From the IMG/VR virus record IMGVR_UViG_3300022602_000055: a stretch of DNA of 64,000 nt; one strand, written 5' to 3'. Each line of letters starts with the position of its first letter. Position 1 is the stretch's first letter. The notes beneath the pieces are model-generated. The model did no database searches, was not told where the DNA came from, and saw only the letters and a list, made by a program, of their open reading frames with translations. Both the position numbers and the translations under genes were made by a program. Source of the DNA: an uncultured virus (IMG/VR IMGVR_UViG_3300022602_000055) (taxonomy: Duplodnaviria > Heunggongvirae > Uroviricota > Caudoviricetes). Positions 6,822-16,286 of the stretch are shown here, in pieces.

Positions 6822-7114
6822 GCACCCGTGAGCAATACAACGAGCGTGCTAAACAATACTGGCAACGCTACTACTCACAACTAGAGGGAGTCCGTATTGT
6901 TAAGTTTCTAGGGATGAAGTCCGAGGAATACTGCTTCAACCCGTTTCCGACTTTCCTAGTTGAGTACCCTGACGGGGAGCGTTTAACAATACAGGTATCG
7001 CAGGATGAGGAAGGCAATGGTGGGGGATTTCTATTCCTACCCTTTGAGCCCGACTTTGACAGTTACGACAAGGAACACAAGTTGAATAACTACGCTAATA
7101 AGGAGAACAAGTAA
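6818..7114 (+). CDS. Conserved phage hypothetical protein (SQDEEGNGGGFLF motif)
   Basis: ATGA overlap; recognisable motif. Confidence 0.75.
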   Translation: MSTREQYNERAKQYWQRYYSQLEGVRIVKFLGMKSEEYCFNPFPTFLVEYPDGERLTIQVSQDEEGNGGGFLFLPFEPDFDSYDKEHKLNNYANKENK

Positions 7115-7713
7115 TGAACCCAGTAATTGAAACAATCACCCATAACAATCTTATTATTGAAATATGCCAAGATTATGACCCCGAGAACCCTAGAGAGTGG
7201 GAGAACTTAGGGACAATGATTTGTTGGCACAAGCGATACAACTTAGGCGATAGCAATACTGATTACTCGCTGGATGATTACGACTCCGCCGAGGAATTGT
7301 TTAATGCTATTAAGAAGGATAGTTTAGTAGTCCTGCCACTATACCTTTATGACCATAGTGGGATTAGTATGAGTACCTCTACCTATGTGGGTAGGGCTCA
7401 ACACGCTTCATGGGATAGCGGACTCGTTGGCTATATCTATACCACTAAGGAACAAGTGGAACGCGCTGGGGTGACCGAGGAGTCCGATTTGGAGTCAATA
7501 CTCGTCAATGAGGTTGAGATGTATAACCACTACTTAACTGGAGATGTGTACGGCTATCGTGTCTATGACACGCACCAATGCGACTCATGTAAGCACACAG
7601 AAAAGAAACTAATTGACTCATGCTGGGGTTATTACTCACAAGAGGAAGCCCTAAAAACTGCTACTGAACTAATTGAATATAACAACACTATTAAGGAGCA
7701 ACAAAATGCCTAA
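7114..7713 (+). CDS. Conserved mobile-element hypothetical protein (NPREW...LPLYLYDHSG...WDSG)
   Basis: Motif pattern common in phages and ICEs. Confidence 0.8.
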   Translation: MNPVIETITHNNLIIEICQDYDPENPREWENLGTMICWHKRYNLGDSNTDYSLDDYDSAEELFNAIKKDSLVVLPLYLYDHSGISMSTSTYVGRAQHASWDSGLVGYIYTTKEQVERAGVTEESDLESILVNEVEMYNHYLTGDVYGYRVYDTHQCDSCKHTEKKLIDSCWGYYSQEEALKTATELIEYNNTIKEQQNA

Positions 7714-7819
7714 ATATATAGTTGTCCTAGAGGTTGATACTGATAGTAATCCTGAGGACTGGAACTGGGATATGTATAGTGCCACCATAGATGTAGTCTG
7801 CGCTAAAGAGGTATCGTGA
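7706..7819 (+). CDS. Small acidic protein (37 aa)
   Basis: AAGGAG RBS; MPKYIVVLEVDTDSNPEDWNWDMYSATIDVVCAKEVS. Confidence 0.65.
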   Translation: MPKYIVVLEVDTDSNPEDWNWDMYSATIDVVCAKEVS

Positions 7820-7923
7820 GTACCCGTACTGTTAATTGCCCCAAGTGCCACAAAGATATTGAAGTCCGTAGTGGCTTCGCTCATATGACTCTAAATAACC
7901 ATACTACTAAGGAGCACAAGTAA
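7816..7923 (+). CDS. Tiny C2H2 Zn-finger protein (35 aa)
   Basis: GTGA/TAATG coupling; CPKC...H...H. Confidence 0.65.
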   Translation: MSTRTVNCPKCHKDIEVRSGFAHMTLNNHTTKEHK

Positions 7924-8126
7924 TGGATTTCTTTAATGAACTCCCCCAGCATATTAAGGACATAGCCTTCCGCCAACTGGCTGAGGACTTACTAGATAAC
8001 TATCTTATGACCGAGGATGACTCGTACCAAATAGAGCAGACCCTCATGGAAGCACTAGAGAACCAAGAGAACAAGCAATGCCAAGACTACTACCGACAAT
8101 GGAAAGAGGAGCAAGACAATGCCTAA
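7923..8126 (+). CDS. Acidic hypothetical protein
   Basis: Coupled ORF with AAGGAG RBS. Confidence 0.75.
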   Translation: MDFFNELPQHIKDIAFRQLAEDLLDNYLMTEDDSYQIEQTLMEALENQENKQCQDYYRQWKEEQDNA

Positions 8127-8799
8127 CTGGATGACTACTGATTTAACTATTACTGGTAATGCCGAGGATATTAAGGCTATTAAGGAGCAACTCGGCAAGT
8201 CCTACGCCACTAAAGAGGTTGATAGCAAGTGGCTTAAAGATGAAAGCGGAGAGGGTGGAAAGTGGGTTCGCTCTGTTACTGATACAGTTATTGAGAACCC
8301 GATTCTATCGTTTTGGAATATCATCCAACCCAAACCCGAGGAACTAGACGACTACTATCAAGTCGTGGGGAGCAACGGCAAGTCCGTGAACGACTCTACG
8401 GGCTGGTACGGCTGGAATATGGCGAACTGGGGATGTAAGTGGGATGCTAGTGATGTATCTACTTACGAGCATAACAATAATGATACTAAACTCCATTACC
8501 AATTCAATACTCCGTGGGGATTACCTGACCAAGCCTTAACAACACTATCAAGTCAATATCCGAACCTGACCTTCAAGGTTGAATACCAAGAGGAGAACGG
8601 GTGGGGTGGAGAGATTGAGATTAAAGATGGAGAATCTGAGTCACTACTTACCTACGATTCTAAGTGTAATGAGTGTGATGGGCTAGATACTGAGTCGTAC
8701 TGTGACGATTGCGATACCCATATCTGTAATGCTTGCGGATGGCTCAACTGGGAACCTGAGGAGCGTTGTGAGAAGCACCAAGAGGAGATAAAAGCATGA
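8119..8799 (+). CDS. YubB/DUF1281-like ferredoxin-fold protein with C-terminal Cys cluster
   Basis: MPNW...WYGWNMANWGCKWD...FNTPW motifs. Confidence 0.8.
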   Translation: MPNWMTTDLTITGNAEDIKAIKEQLGKSYATKEVDSKWLKDESGEGGKWVRSVTDTVIENPILSFWNIIQPKPEELDDYYQVVGSNGKSVNDSTGWYGWNMANWGCKWDASDVSTYEHNNNDTKLHYQFNTPWGLPDQALTTLSSQYPNLTFKVEYQEENGWGGEIEIKDGESESLLTYDSKCNECDGLDTESYCDDCDTHICNACGWLNWEPEERCEKHQEEIKA

Positions 8800-8927
8800 G
8801 TGACGAGGTAATGTACTGGTCAGACTTAGCCGAACTGACTCACGCTACACAAGTTGAGAAGTTTAACTGGTGTAGTTGTGAGGAGCAGGAATACTTCCCC
8901 TATTCCGATTGCCCGAGGAAAGAGTAA
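8796..8927 (+). CDS. Small hypothetical protein (43 aa)
   Basis: GAGGAG RBS; ATGA/TAATG coupling. Confidence 0.65.
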   Translation: MSDEVMYWSDLAELTHATQVEKFNWCSCEEQEYFPYSDCPRKE

Positions 8928-9070
8928 TGAATAAGATAGTGCTGATACTGGAAGTGGCTGATGATGTCAATTCCTATGATGTAGTTGAATATCTGAATAT
9001 AAACGAACTCTGCCGTATGGAAGAGGACTTAAAACTAATCAAAGGTTGGGAGTGGATTTATGAAGGTTGA
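8927..9070 (+). CDS. Small acidic hypothetical protein (47 aa)
   Basis: TAATG coupling; MNKIVLILEVADD... Confidence 0.65.
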   Translation: MNKIVLILEVADDVNSYDVVEYLNINELCRMEEDLKLIKGWEWIYEG

Positions 9071-9440
9071 TATAAGTGGGTTGGATGTTAGTGGGATTGT
9101 TACCCAGCTTGATAAGACAGTTGAGTCCGTATCGGAAATACCACTAGGACTGCCGTTGGTATGGCTATGGACATGGGACTGTATCTGTAATTTCTACAAA
9201 GATGATGAGTGCCTGATGAAACCTAAAGGGGATGTCCTACGCGCCATGTTGGAGCAAGATGGGGGCGGATTTACCCTTGAATACGGAACCGAACACCACT
9301 ACGAAAGTGTCCGTGACTGGCTTATTACCAATGAACTTATGTTGTATTGCGAGATGTGTGAGAGCAACCCACCACGCAGTATAGATAGCAAGTATTGTGA
9401 AGCGTGTGCGCGAGAGTACAAGGAGTCTGAAAATGAGTAA
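9060..9440 (+). CDS. Hypothetical protein with C-terminal Zn finger
   Basis: ORF; CEMC and CEAC. Confidence 0.75.
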   Translation: MKVDISGLDVSGIVTQLDKTVESVSEIPLGLPLVWLWTWDCICNFYKDDECLMKPKGDVLRAMLEQDGGGFTLEYGTEHHYESVRDWLITNELMLYCEMCESNPPRSIDSKYCEACAREYKESENE

Positions 9441-9621
9441 GCAGTATCACTATATAGTTGTGTGGGATGAGGAAACTAAAGAGTGGAGCGTCGATTTTGA
9501 TGTAGCAATTAACTACGGAGAAGGAGATGTGTGGGATACCAGTACTGAGGAGTGGTCCTTCGCAAGCGAGCATGACGACCATATCCTTAACGAGTTAAAG
9601 GAGAAACTATCTAATGGCTAA
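9433..9621 (+). CDS. Acidic hypothetical protein
   Basis: AAGGAG RBS before ATG9433. Confidence 0.75.
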   Translation: MSKQYHYIVVWDEETKEWSVDFDVAINYGEGDVWDTSTEEWSFASEHDDHILNELKEKLSNG

Positions 9622-9808
9622 AGTAACTGTAATGATTGCGCAGACTTGGGATACCAATGACTTGGCAGACGAGAACACGCCTGCTGATACCAGTATTGAA
9701 ACCCTAATCGACCTTGCGTACAACCGATTCGCTGAGGACATGGACTACCTAGTTAAATATGATGAAGTCCGCGGTTCAATTGTCCATATTGTTGATGAGA
9801 GAGTTTAA
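9614..9808 (+). CDS. Acidic hypothetical protein
   Basis: AAGGAG RBS; overlapping ORF. Confidence 0.75.
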   Translation: MAKVTVMIAQTWDTNDLADENTPADTSIETLIDLAYNRFAEDMDYLVKYDEVRGSIVHIVDERV

Positions 9809-9938
9809 TTGCCCAATGTGCGGTACGCCTACGCACCAACTAAAGAGCGTGTGGGTTACCACTAGCGAAGGCGAGTTAAAGATACCTATGTGCGAGAAAT
9901 GTGAGGAGAAGGCTAGTGTTAAACAAGATGAAGCATAA
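9795..9938 (+). CDS. Small Zn-ribbon protein (47 aa)
   Basis: MREFNCPMC...MCEKC. Confidence 0.6.
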   Translation: MREFNCPMCGTPTHQLKSVWVTTSEGELKIPMCEKCEEKASVKQDEA

Positions 9939-10338
9939 ATTACCTAAGGGGTTTGATATCTATATTGCTAACCCTGATGTCTATAACAAGAGAAGGCAAG
10001 ACCCTGCGTTCTATACGAGAGAACGCTGCTATATCGTAGCCACCATCACTTACAAAGACCATGAGTTTTCTGTCATGTGTAATGGAGAAATGCGTATTGA
10101 GCACCATGATGGCACGATTATCCGATATACCGAGGACTTAGATAGACTAGGTATCACTACTGATAAGAAGCTTTATGCCATACCTGAAGAGTATTGGATT
10201 AACAACTCATGGTTTGAGATATGGGATGAGGTTGATGAGGATTGCTGGGATGGGTGGATTGCCCATACTGTTAGCGATGCTATATCCATGTGCTATGAAG
10301 CAATACAGATAAAAGAAATGGAGATTACCAATGCCTAA
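9916..10338 (+). CDS. Hypothetical protein
   Basis: GAGGAG RBS before GTG9916 (alternative start ATG9928). Confidence 0.7.
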   Translation: MLNKMKHKLPKGFDIYIANPDVYNKRRQDPAFYTRERCYIVATITYKDHEFSVMCNGEMRIEHHDGTIIRYTEDLDRLGITTDKKLYAIPEEYWINNSWFEIWDEVDEDCWDGWIAHTVSDAISMCYEAIQIKEMEITNA

Positions 10339-10510
10339 GTACGAAGTCTATAAGACTGTTGTTATTGACTGGCACACAGTTGTAGAGGCGGATGATAGAG
10401 AGTCCGCTATCAAGCTTGCTACCGAAGGAACCCCGCTATGGGAAGAGGCAGGGGAACGGAGAGATATAGTTTCAGCGTATCTCCGACCCAAACCCGCCGA
10501 GGGCGAGTAA
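10331..10510 (+). CDS. Small hypothetical protein (59 aa)
   Basis: GGAG RBS; MPKYEVYKTVVIDWHTVVEADD... Confidence 0.7.
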   Translation: MPKYEVYKTVVIDWHTVVEADDRESAIKLATEGTPLWEEAGERRDIVSAYLRPKPAEGE

Positions 10511-10671
10511 TGGAGTCAATTTACCCAGCAGACCTGTACGATTACGGGGCTGATGAGTGGATATTGTTTTGCTCTGCGTGTAAGACCACGCTATATTCAC
10601 CAACGAAAAGTATGAATCACTTAATCAGGCTTAAACACACGAAAGGAAATGATTGCCTAAATGGCTACTAA
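10510..10671 (+). CDS. Small Zn-finger protein
   Basis: TAATG coupling; CSAC...H...C. Confidence 0.65.
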   Translation: MESIYPADLYDYGADEWILFCSACKTTLYSPTKSMNHLIRLKHTKGNDCLNGY

Positions 10672-10915
10672 ACGAGTATCGGTATTCTTTAAGACCACGC
10701 TTACAAAGAACCTTAATCAAGGTGGGGCGTGGCTATTAACAGTTAAGAAGTTTAATAGAGAGGGAGAGTTGATTGACTCCCAAAGTTCTGCGTGGAAGTC
10801 ACTTCCAGCGGCAAAGAGAGATGCTACTACCTATATTGGTAAGCGACCAAAGTGGGAGATTAACGAAGAGGTAACAGTATTGACAGCGAACACCGAGGTA
10901 AGAGTAATTGAGTAA
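10661..10915 (+). CDS. Basic hypothetical protein
   Basis: ORF with GAAAGGA RBS. Confidence 0.75.
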   Translation: MATKRVSVFFKTTLTKNLNQGGAWLLTVKKFNREGELIDSQSSAWKSLPAAKRDATTYIGKRPKWEINEEVTVLTANTEVRVIE

Positions 10916-11012
10916 CTTCGGATTCACCAACGGATTGCCTGATTGGCATATTACTAATCCTAATCAAAGTCCTTTTGAGGATGATGAAGAGTTAGAAGAA
11001 GAGGAAGAGTAA
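10908..11012 (+). CDS. Tiny protein with acidic tail (34 aa)
   Basis: TTG start after GAGG; ends EDDEELEEEEE just before the terminator. Confidence 0.5.
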   Translation: MSNFGFTNGLPDWHITNPNQSPFEDDEELEEEEE

Positions 11013-11048
11013 AGAAAGCCCCTAGCTAATATTGCTAGGGGCTTTTTA
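11013..11048. terminator. Bidirectional terminator at the convergence of the + and - transcription blocks
   Basis: AAAGCCCCTAGC-TAATATT-GCTAGGGGCTTTTT. Confidence 0.85.
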
Positions 11049-11069
11049 CTACGAGAGGTGGGTATATCT

Positions 11070-13091
11070 TCACGCTTTTGGAACTTCGCAGTAGTCAGTA
11101 GAGCAATACTTCTCGCCAATAGCATCTTGAGCCATACCAGCATAGACATCCACGAAGTCAATAGGCAAGAGCTTGTAAGTATAGGCTTCGTATTCTTCCT
11201 GAGTAATCTGTGTGTAAGGCATCTGAGGATAGACATCGTTGCCCATAGGTAGGAAAGATACAGTCTTCAACTGACCATCAAACATATGGAGAACCGTGCC
11301 AATAGTATCCTTCTCCTTCTTAGCATCAAAGGATACTGTTACTGATACAGAGTTATCTGACCACTCATACTGAGCCACAGCAGCGAGAGATACCTTTTCG
11401 TAGATGGATACATCCTTCTCAGAACGTAAAGCATCTGACTTGATTGGGAAGTAAACAACACTGGTAACTTCAGGGTCAGAAGCAGAGTCCTCGATAAGAT
11501 AACCTGACACATCAAAGAGTGGGAGCATTGGGTCAGTCTTAGCAAAGCGAATAGAGCGCAAGAAGTATTGACCGCCAACAGTCCAGTGAACCCCTGGAGA
11601 TTCACCAGCTAGGATAGATACGGTTCCTGAAGGCTTAACAGTTGTAGTCTTAATTGACTCACGGATACCAAGCCACTCTGAGTAAGACTTGTCGTATGCC
11701 TGTACTGTTTCGTAGCCCTTGTCCATCCACTCACGCAGTACTGGCAAGCCCTTCAGGTCAGCAAAGTTAGCGATACCTGAGATGGAAGTTCCAATACGGC
11801 GATTGCGTTGCATAATCGCATTAGTTTCTTCCCAGTGCGTAGGCAATAGGGTAACAGTCTTAGCGTAGAGGTAAGCAAATTTCAGAGTTCGCTTGAAGTC
11901 TTCTAGGCTGTCGTGGCGATTGATATAGGTTTCAACTAAAGTACAGCACTCATATGATTCCAAAGATTGTTCGGCGCATGGGTTGTATCCAGCAGCACGC
12001 CAATCCTTATCATTAACGCCATCCTTTAAGCGACCATACTTGCGAGTGGTATCCATCCAGATAACTCCTGGCTCACCATTGAGGGCGATACCTTCAACGA
12101 TACGGGACATATCGGAGCCAACAGATACCTCAACAGAGTTGTTGGACATCCATCCCCAGCCTGGGTTTTTCTTGCTGTACGAGTTACGCTCAGGAAATAC
12201 CTTGCTGTTTTTGAGGTTAAGAAACTCATCGTCATCAAGGCGACCCATTAAAAGTTCCGCCGAACGGCGGACGTTACCGCTAACTACACAGACACCGATA
12301 AGGTTTCCGATATCAGCGATATCTACACGGGTAAGCTTTTGTCCAGCACGCCCCTTAAATATGCGATGGATATGCTCGTGGAGCTTTTCTAGTGGTTCGT
12401 GCCCTGCTGCAAGTCCTCCAAAGGTTTTAATCGGAGTACCTGCTGGACGGATTTCTGAGTAGTCAAAGACAGGGCTTTTCGTATCTGGTCTAAGGTAGCT
12501 ATTGAGGAGGGTTGCGAATGACTCGACCCAGCCCTCACGGGTGTCGGGTATGACATAGGTTTCTCCTTTTTCTGGGGCGTAAATAGTAAAATCTTTATCT
12601 GCGCCTTTTTGGTCAAAGCCGACACCAACTCCCAGCATTGAAGCCTCCATGAGGAAGGCGAAAGGCTTAGCAGGATTGTTTTTGGTCATATCGGCAGTGG
12701 ATACAAAGGAGCAGTTCTGCAGGGCTGCTGAGTTCTTCTGTTCATTGACGAGCGGAGTTCCCATCATCCACAGTCCGCGACCTGGTGGAGTCCACTTAAA
12801 TGTGAACATCCGTTCGAACGCCTCTTTGGCTGAGGATTGGGCTTTAGCATCGTTCCAAGGAAGTCTATTAGTTTTAGCGTGGTCTTTCTGGATGGAGTAC
12901 ATGCCATTGATAACGCGCTCACAGACCTCTACCCAGGTCTCTTTAGTTCCATCAGGCTTTTTTCTGGAATACGTTCTTAGGAAAGTAATCTCTCCTACTG
13001 AGTTACCGCCTGCATCTGAATAGCCCCACGGGACCTTCCTAGAACGATAACTGTTTACAAAATCATCTGCTAACTTGAAGCTCAAAGCCAT
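11070..13091 (-). CDS. nrdJ: Class II (adenosylcobalamin-dependent, monomeric RTPR-type) ribonucleotide reductase
   Basis: RTYSR, PPGRGLW, NPCAEQ, TTVKPSGT motifs and C-terminal CxxxxC; start ATG13091 after GGGAG. Confidence 0.95.
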   Translation of the reverse strand: MALSFKLADDFVNSYRSRKVPWGYSDAGGNSVGEITFLRTYSRKKPDGTKETWVEVCERVINGMYSIQKDHAKTNRLPWNDAKAQSSAKEAFERMFTFKWTPPGRGLWMMGTPLVNEQKNSAALQNCSFVSTADMTKNNPAKPFAFLMEASMLGVGVGFDQKGADKDFTIYAPEKGETYVIPDTREGWVESFATLLNSYLRPDTKSPVFDYSEIRPAGTPIKTFGGLAAGHEPLEKLHEHIHRIFKGRAGQKLTRVDIADIGNLIGVCVVSGNVRRSAELLMGRLDDDEFLNLKNSKVFPERNSYSKKNPGWGWMSNNSVEVSVGSDMSRIVEGIALNGEPGVIWMDTTRKYGRLKDGVNDKDWRAAGYNPCAEQSLESYECCTLVETYINRHDSLEDFKRTLKFAYLYAKTVTLLPTHWEETNAIMQRNRRIGTSISGIANFADLKGLPVLREWMDKGYETVQAYDKSYSEWLGIRESIKTTTVKPSGTVSILAGESPGVHWTVGGQYFLRSIRFAKTDPMLPLFDVSGYLIEDSASDPEVTSVVYFPIKSDALRSEKDVSIYEKVSLAAVAQYEWSDNSVSVTVSFDAKKEKDTIGTVLHMFDGQLKTVSFLPMGNDVYPQMPYTQITQEEYEAYTYKLLPIDFVDVYAGMAQDAIGEKYCSTDYCEVPKA

Positions 13092-13196
13092 TATTACTCC
13101 CTTTTCGTAGTCCAAAAGTTTAACCGAAACACACCTTGTTAATCAGGATTTGCGACTGGGCTGTTCCACCCCCTTTTACAGGAAGGTATATGATAC

Positions 13197-14672
13197 CTAG
13201 CCCTCTGATAAATCTTTAATAATCTTAGTAGTCTGCTCTTCATTTAGACCACCATCAGGCAACTCTTTAAGCGCTTGAGCCCTATCTCCGAAGATAGCAG
13301 ACATCACTCCACCAGCAGATTTCTGCTCAACCGTCATCCTAATGAACGATGAAGTATCGTCCAAATCCTTGACAGTTTTTAGAATCTTAAACAGCCTATC
13401 TATCTCTTGTGAAGTATTAGGGTCCGCGTTTCCACCACTCAATTCTTCAATATAACGCTGAAAACCCACTCTTTGAGCCTGCATTTCAATCATTGCGTTA
13501 ATCAATCCCTTAAGTTGGTCTTTAGTCTTTACCTCTACTGGGATGCTAAAAGCGCACTGATTATCTTGCTTGTAGGCGGGGCAGTTGGCTGCAATATAGC
13601 AGGTATTGCACTGTCGCATACTCCCGCTTTGGGACTGTACGACAGGCACTTGCTTAACTACATCAACGCCATTTTCGCTCTCAATAACCTCTTTAAATTG
13701 GTATCCAAAGACGGGTAAAGCGACATATTCATCGGGGTTTCGTGGCTCTGGATTTCTCGTTCCAACAGGCTTGTTAACAGATACGGCAGGGGCTTCTTCC
13801 GCAGAATTACCATCTACTAAATCTGGCTGGTATATGATACCTTCGTCATCATTATCTAATGGCTTGCCCATGCTTAACCTCAGTTCTAGTTGGTCATATG
13901 ACCACACCGCTAGTTTAGAAATCTCTTTAGGGTCATCTTCCATGACCTTTTCAAAGCTTAGCCCAGCTCTCTCGATTACTCCTTTGTAGCGTGAACGAGC
14001 CTGCTCTTTCATAGATTGTGGGTAGCGAACAATTTTGCGACCATCCCACACTATAGTCTCTCCACGCATCATAGGCGATAGCCACGCAAGGCTACTAGCC
14101 GTCTCTACCTTGACCTGACGCAGGTTATCAGGCTTGGCACAGCCAATAGCGTGGAAGCGGGTCATGTGTTGGTTGTGGTAGGTCTGTGTGAGGCTAGCAA
14201 GGTTGGTTACAGTCTCGATATCTTCGCCCCGTAAACCAATATCTAGGTAGTCATCCACCAACTTCTTCAGTCCACCTACCCCTGTGGCAGATTGCCATAC
14301 TGGTAGAAACTTGCCTGGAGGTACTGACGCCCATACTGTTTTACGCTGGGTCTGGATAAAGTCTGAGGTTAAGTTCTGGTGGTCAAACTCGGTGAACAGG
14401 GTAATCCTGTCCATGTTCTCAAGGATGAAATCTTCGTAGTCAGCGGCAAATTCTTCAAGTTCCGTGCCATTTAACTTGGAGTTTCGTGGCAGACCAGCGT
14501 GTACAAATATACGGACGTTTTCTTGGAAATAGTTTTCTAGCAGGTATTTCTTGGTCTTTGGTAAGCCGCGCTTGGTTAAGCCGTAAAAGCTAACGCCCAT
14601 ATAGGTAGCGCCAGCCTCCTCCAATAGTATTCGGTTAGATGGGGTGTCAGCCCCTAGGTAGATAATGTTCAC
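13197..14672 (-). CDS. TGT/DpdA-like TIM-barrel protein (degenerate motifs) fused to a Cys4 and helical domain
   Basis: FLPVW, FHAIG...ETASSLAW resemble the phage TGT-like HxxG...DSxSW pattern; CNTC-x5-C-x8-C. Confidence 0.5.
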   Translation of the reverse strand: MNIIYLGADTPSNRILLEEAGATYMGVSFYGLTKRGLPKTKKYLLENYFQENVRIFVHAGLPRNSKLNGTELEEFAADYEDFILENMDRITLFTEFDHQNLTSDFIQTQRKTVWASVPPGKFLPVWQSATGVGGLKKLVDDYLDIGLRGEDIETVTNLASLTQTYHNQHMTRFHAIGCAKPDNLRQVKVETASSLAWLSPMMRGETIVWDGRKIVRYPQSMKEQARSRYKGVIERAGLSFEKVMEDDPKEISKLAVWSYDQLELRLSMGKPLDNDDEGIIYQPDLVDGNSAEEAPAVSVNKPVGTRNPEPRNPDEYVALPVFGYQFKEVIESENGVDVVKQVPVVQSQSGSMRQCNTCYIAANCPAYKQDNQCAFSIPVEVKTKDQLKGLINAMIEMQAQRVGFQRYIEELSGGNADPNTSQEIDRLFKILKTVKDLDDTSSFIRMTVEQKSAGGVMSAIFGDRAQALKELPDGGLNEEQTTKIIKDLSEG

Positions 14673-15127
14673 AGACGACCATCTTGGGCTAATAAGTCTT
14701 GTTGGCGCTCAATCTCATCCTGAATCTCTTTCCATGTCTTCTGACCCTCACGACCATCTGGACGAAACTTGGAGTCTAAATAACTTGGAACACAGAAGGC
14801 AAGGGTAGCAATACCAGTATCTAGCAAAGGCGCCACTAGGCTAAGGTTGGCAGTGATTACATAGTCAACTGGACCATTAGCACGACAACGCTTAATCAAT
14901 CTAAGCCAGACATCATCTCCTGGTGCTAGGGACTTTGTCTCTTCAATATGGTCGTACTTCAATACCTTGTTAGTTCTTAAAAAGTAATTTCCCTTTTCTT
15001 TATCCTCGCACAGGAAAGTTACGCGAGTGACGTTCTTAATCATGTTGTATAGAGCAAATCCCTCACGGATTGGGTGATTGGTATATGGGTGGCGCAATAC
15101 GCCATCAATATCAATTAACACGCCCAC
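14669..15127 (-). CDS. HAD-superfamily-like protein
   Basis: N-terminal LIDIDGVL (DxDG) motif I. Confidence 0.6.
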   Translation of the reverse strand: MGVLIDIDGVLRHPYTNHPIREGFALYNMIKNVTRVTFLCEDKEKGNYFLRTNKVLKYDHIEETKSLAPGDDVWLRLIKRCRANGPVDYVITANLSLVAPLLDTGIATLAFCVPSYLDSKFRPDGREGQKTWKEIQDEIERQQDLLAQDGRL

Positions 15128-15149
15128 TTATGCTCCGATACTACAGTTG

Positions 15150-16076
15150 TTATTTAATTGCTCTACGAATTAATACACTAACATCAGGAAGTTCTACACC
15201 GTAAGTAGACACGCTGTATTCTTTCTTTGATGCTGTGGAAATATCCTTTAACTTGCGTAATGCGGGTACAGTACCTAACTGTTTACCAGCCTGCCAGCGG
15301 TAGTTAGCATAGTCTAAATAACCTTCACCTGTAGGGCTAAAGGCTTGCTTTCTACCTTGATGGATTTCATCGAAAAGTGTGCTTCCCTGCTCTACCGCCA
15401 AATTAAGCATACGCTCCGCGCTAATTCTTGCTGCGGTATTGGTTGAAGCAGTAACTTGATTTAATGCTTTTTGGTATCGGTCAATAATTGCAATAGCCAT
15501 TGACTTGTCGTACTCTGCCTTTGTATCCCAGCTTCCTTTATTCTTTGGAAGTTCTGATGCTGGTGCGACAGTCCAATCATCAGTTGTTAGATTGTAGGCA
15601 GCATATGGTTTAATGGCACGGATATCTGAACGAACGTTTACATAAAAGGTAAGTTCAAATGTATCTAGATAGTTGGCTGTATCTTTATTAAGCTCTTCGC
15701 CAAAGGCTTCGTTAAGGGCGCTGGCGATATCTTGGTCGCTAAATCCTACGTACTTGCTGTTTGCTCTACGGAAGTTAACGTAGTCAACGCCTATGAGGCA
15801 ATCTAAATCTGCTGGGGAGCGATGGGCTGCCCATTGGCGGGATACTCCTGAACCCGCTAACCATACTGTTGTCCATGATTCAGCATCATGGAATCTTGTG
15901 GATAAAAATGTATATAAGACTGAAAGGATTGAATCTCTAATTGAAGGTTTTATGCGTTCATTAAGAAATAGTCGTGGGTCTAGCCCTGCTGCAGGTTCGC
16001 TAAAGTAAGACGTCTCGCTTGGTGATAGTTCTACGGGCGTTGCTTTAGATGCTAACACCTCGTAGAAGTTCATCAA
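15150..16076 (-). CDS. Pol-beta superfamily nucleotidyltransferase
   Basis: hGS...DxD signature VWLAGSG...ADLDCLI, third acidic residue near FELTFYV. Confidence 0.75.
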   Translation of the reverse strand: MMNFYEVLASKATPVELSPSETSYFSEPAAGLDPRLFLNERIKPSIRDSILSVLYTFLSTRFHDAESWTTVWLAGSGVSRQWAAHRSPADLDCLIGVDYVNFRRANSKYVGFSDQDIASALNEAFGEELNKDTANYLDTFELTFYVNVRSDIRAIKPYAAYNLTTDDWTVAPASELPKNKGSWDTKAEYDKSMAIAIIDRYQKALNQVTASTNTAARISAERMLNLAVEQGSTLFDEIHQGRKQAFSPTGEGYLDYANYRWQAGKQLGTVPALRKLKDISTASKKEYSVSTYGVELPDVSVLIRRAIK

Positions 16077-16270
16077 TACTCTTTCTCGCGTTTTCCTGTT
16101 GTAATATTATAACTTGATGTGCTGTCATTAACATCGCGAGCGACTTGTGTCATAAAGCCGCACCCGAAGTGTGATGCTGCAAATCTTTCTGCATAAAGCA
16201 TCGTTAGTGATTCTGGTCCGTTTTCGATTTGAAATGCTGCACCGCAACTGCACTGCATATCAATGTGCAT
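16073..16270 (-). CDS. Small Zn-binding protein
   Basis: CSCG...H..C; coupled to the NTase gene. Confidence 0.65.
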   Translation of the reverse strand: MHIDMQCSCGAAFQIENGPESLTMLYAERFAASHFGCGFMTQVARDVNDSTSSYNITTGKREKEY

Positions 16271-16286
16271 AACCGTTCCCCTGACG

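Noticed and set aside
13092..13196. NrdR box or cobalamin riboswitch upstream of nrdJ
   Set aside because: No convincing NrdR palindrome, and the region is too short and lacks B12-element motifs.
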